39,911 nucleotides of DNA from an uncultured Eubacteriales bacterium (GTDB taxonomy: Bacteria; Bacillota; Clostridia; Lachnospirales; Lachnospiraceae), in contig CASFUI010000088.1 in assembly GCA_949297565.1 (NCBI GenBank), positions 1 through 39,911 on the forward strand. The letters run 5' to 3'. This document shows positions 37,832 through 39,911 of the stretch, one piece after another. A model generated the notes under the pieces. That model saw only the letters and a program-made list of their open reading frames with translations. It was not told where the DNA came from and searched no databases. Made by a program: the position numbers and the translations under genes. Each line of letters opens with the position of its first letter. The first letter of the stretch is position 1.

Positions 37832-39211
37832 CTATTTTACAAACATTCGCACCATTTTGTCCTTCCATTTTGAGTACGGCGCGTATCTCATCGGCAAATC
37901 GATAAATGTCTTTTTATCAACGATACTTTTTCTGTGTGTGAAAGTCTCAAAGCCATGCTTTCCGTGATATGAGCCCATACCGCTCTCTCCTACGCCTCCA
38001 AAGCCCATTGCGCTTGTCGCAAGATGTATAAGCGTATCGTTGATACAGCCTCCGCCGAAAGAAACTCTCTCCTTGAAATATCTTATTGTCTTTTTGTCCG
38101 AAGAAAAAATATATAAAGCCAGCGGGCACGGCATTGACTGAAGTTTTCTTACTGCCTCTTCAACGCTCTTATATGTAAGAACAGGAAGCACCGGGCCGAA
38201 TATTTCCTCTCCCATTACCGCGTCGCTCCACATTGCGTTGTCTATCACAGTCGGCTCTATTTTTTTAGACTTCTCGTCTGAGCCTCCGCCTATTACAACC
38301 TTTTCGCCGTCAATAAGCCCCAGTATCCTGTGAAAATGCTTTTCATTTATAATATTTCCGTAATTTTGATTTTTCAACGGCTCTTCACCGTACTGTGCGC
38401 GTATCTGTTTTTTTAACTCTGAAATCAGCTCCTCCTTAACTGTCTCGTCACAATAAATATAATCCGGCGCAACGCATGTCTGACCGCAGTTAATATATTT
38501 TCCAAAGACAATTCTTTTTGCCGCGAGAGCAATATTTGCGCTTTTGTCAACTATACACGGACTTTTTCCGCCAAGTTCGAGAGTTACCGGCGTAAGATGC
38601 TCCGCCGCCCTGCGCATTACCTCCCTGCCCACAGTCTTTCCGCCCGTAAAGAATATATAGTCAAAATCAAGCTCCATAAGACATGTATTTTCAGCCCTGC
38701 CGCCGTTCACAACCTTCACATACTCAGGCGCAAAACAGCTTTTTATCATCTGTTCCATTACTTCGGCAGTTTTAGGGGCATACGCGCTGGGCTTTAAGAC
38801 CGCTGTATTTCCGGCGGAAATCGCATCCACCAGCGGGTCAATGGTGAGCAGAAAAGGATAATTCCACGGGCTCATTATAAGCACACAGCCGTACGGTGAC
38901 GGCTTTTCAAAGCTCCTGGACACGTACTGAGCCAACGGAGTACGCACACGCTTCTCTCTTGCAAATTTTGAAACGTGACGCAGCATATATGAAATCTCAC
39001 TCTTCACAAGACCGATTTCACACATATAGCTCTCAGAGCTGCTCTTTCCGAGATCTTCCTTAAGAGCTTCACAAAGCTTTTCCTCATACTCGTCAATAGC
39101 GCTCTTTAATCTTTTGAGCGCCGCCTTTCTGTCTTTAACCGCAAGCGTATTACCGGTGTTAAAATATTTTTTTTGATTATCAAGAATTTTCTGAGCTTCG
39201 ATTTTATCCAT
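37832..39211 (-). CDS. Aldehyde dehydrogenase (ALDH3/YwdH-like)
   Basis: SPWNYP, FFTGG, LELGGKSP, INCGQTCVAPDY, EEIFGP, FGGVGESGMGSYHG. Start at the ATG at 39211. Confidence 0.93.
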   Translation of the reverse strand: MDKIEAQKILDNQKKYFNTGNTLAVKDRKAALKRLKSAIDEYEEKLCEALKEDLGKSSSESYMCEIGLVKSEISYMLRHVSKFAREKRVRTPLAQYVSRSFEKPSPYGCVLIMSPWNYPFLLTIDPLVDAISAGNTAVLKPSAYAPKTAEVMEQMIKSCFAPEYVKVVNGGRAENTCLMELDFDYIFFTGGKTVGREVMRRAAEHLTPVTLELGGKSPCIVDKSANIALAAKRIVFGKYINCGQTCVAPDYIYCDETVKEELISELKKQIRAQYGEEPLKNQNYGNIINEKHFHRILGLIDGEKVVIGGGSDEKSKKIEPTVIDNAMWSDAVMGEEIFGPVLPVLTYKSVEEAVRKLQSMPCPLALYIFSSDKKTIRYFKERVSFGGGCINDTLIHLATSAMGFGGVGESGMGSYHGKHGFETFTHRKSIVDKKTFIDLPMRYAPYSKWKDKMVRMFVK

Positions 39212-39212
39212 A

Positions 39213-39911
39213 TTAAATACTTGCCCTTCTGTATATTTTTTTGAGCTCGCGCCTGTCCCAAAGCACAGGTACAGGATAAAGAGGATTTGCCTCCCTGTCG
39301 GCGTACATTGAGAGCTCGTCAATATCCGCGCGTTTTATTCCTGTAATCTTCTTTGGAATTCCAAGTCTCTCATTCATCTTATATATCTCAGATATAAATC
39401 TGACCGCAAGTTTTTCCTCGCCCTCGTCTGCACTTCCCAAACCGGCACACACTGCCAGCTTTGAAAGCTTTTTATATACACGGCTTCCATACATTTCAAG
39501 TACAATCGGCAGCAATATGGCATTCGTCTGACCATGAGGCATGTTATATTTTCCGCTGAGCGAATGTGATACGGCGTGTATATATCCGACATAAGAACGC
39601 GTAAAAGCACGCCCCGCGAGATGAGCGGCTTTTAACATCGCAGCTTCCGCCTTAGTGCTCTCATGCCTTGCCGCCGCCTCTATATTTGCGAAAATAAGTC
39701 TCACAGCCTCCTCTGCGTCAGCTCTTGTCTGTCTTGTGGTTGAGCCTCCTATGTATGCCTCAACTGCGTGAGTAAGCGCGTCCATACCTGTTGCAGCAGC
39801 AACAGACTGAGGCAGCGATTTTATCACAGACGGGGCAAGCACGGCATATGACGGGATAAGAGGAAAGTCATTGATTACGTATTTATGCTTTGTTTCGCTG
39901 TCAACAATAAC
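39213..39911 (-). CDS. Iron-containing alcohol dehydrogenase (5' end outside the window)
   Basis: ATGMDALTHAVEAY, GYIHAVSHSL, PHGQTNAILLP; the frame stays open to the window edge. Confidence 0.92.
   Translation of the reverse strand, partial: VIVDSETKHKYVINDFPLIPSYAVLAPSVIKSLPQSVAAATGMDALTHAVEAYIGGSTTRQTRADAEEAVRLIFANIEAAARHESTKAEAAMLKAAHLAGRAFTRSYVGYIHAVSHSLSGKYNMPHGQTNAILLPIVLEMYGSRVYKKLSKLAVCAGLGSADEGEEKLAVRFISEIYKMNERLGIPKKITGIKRADIDELSMYADREANPLYPVPVLWDRRELKKIYRRASI

Noticed and set aside
37644-37868. 74-aa minus-strand ORF
   Set aside because: It overlaps the ALDH 3' end and runs through a terminator hairpin, with no recognisable motif.

Overview
Mostly core, minus-strand-biased chromosomal DNA from a Firmicute (Lachnospiraceae-like, inferred from gene content and order). 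It carries the conserved tadA/SRP RNA/dnaX/ybaB/recR and metG/tatD/rsmA blocks, tRNA-Lys(CTT), trmB and a preQ1-I riboswitch ahead of queT. The main unusual feature is a three-gene SMC system (JetA/MukF-like, JetB/MukE-like and a 1486-aa JetC/MukB-like ATPase with altered signature and Walker B motifs). It sits directly behind recR and has no JetD/MksG nuclease gene in the window. Other accessory items are a sortase-anchored PAP2 phosphatase with an autotransporter-type repeat and a candidate Pho box, an orphan AgrC-like kinase beside the tRNA, and two candidate attenuator leaders. There is also an AT-rich cassette (small secreted protein, lipoprotein, ABC-type permease, no ATPase) preceded by an exact 21-bp tandem repeat. 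Family assignments come from motif recognition and recall, not database searches. Several start codons were moved from the ORF track using RBS position.
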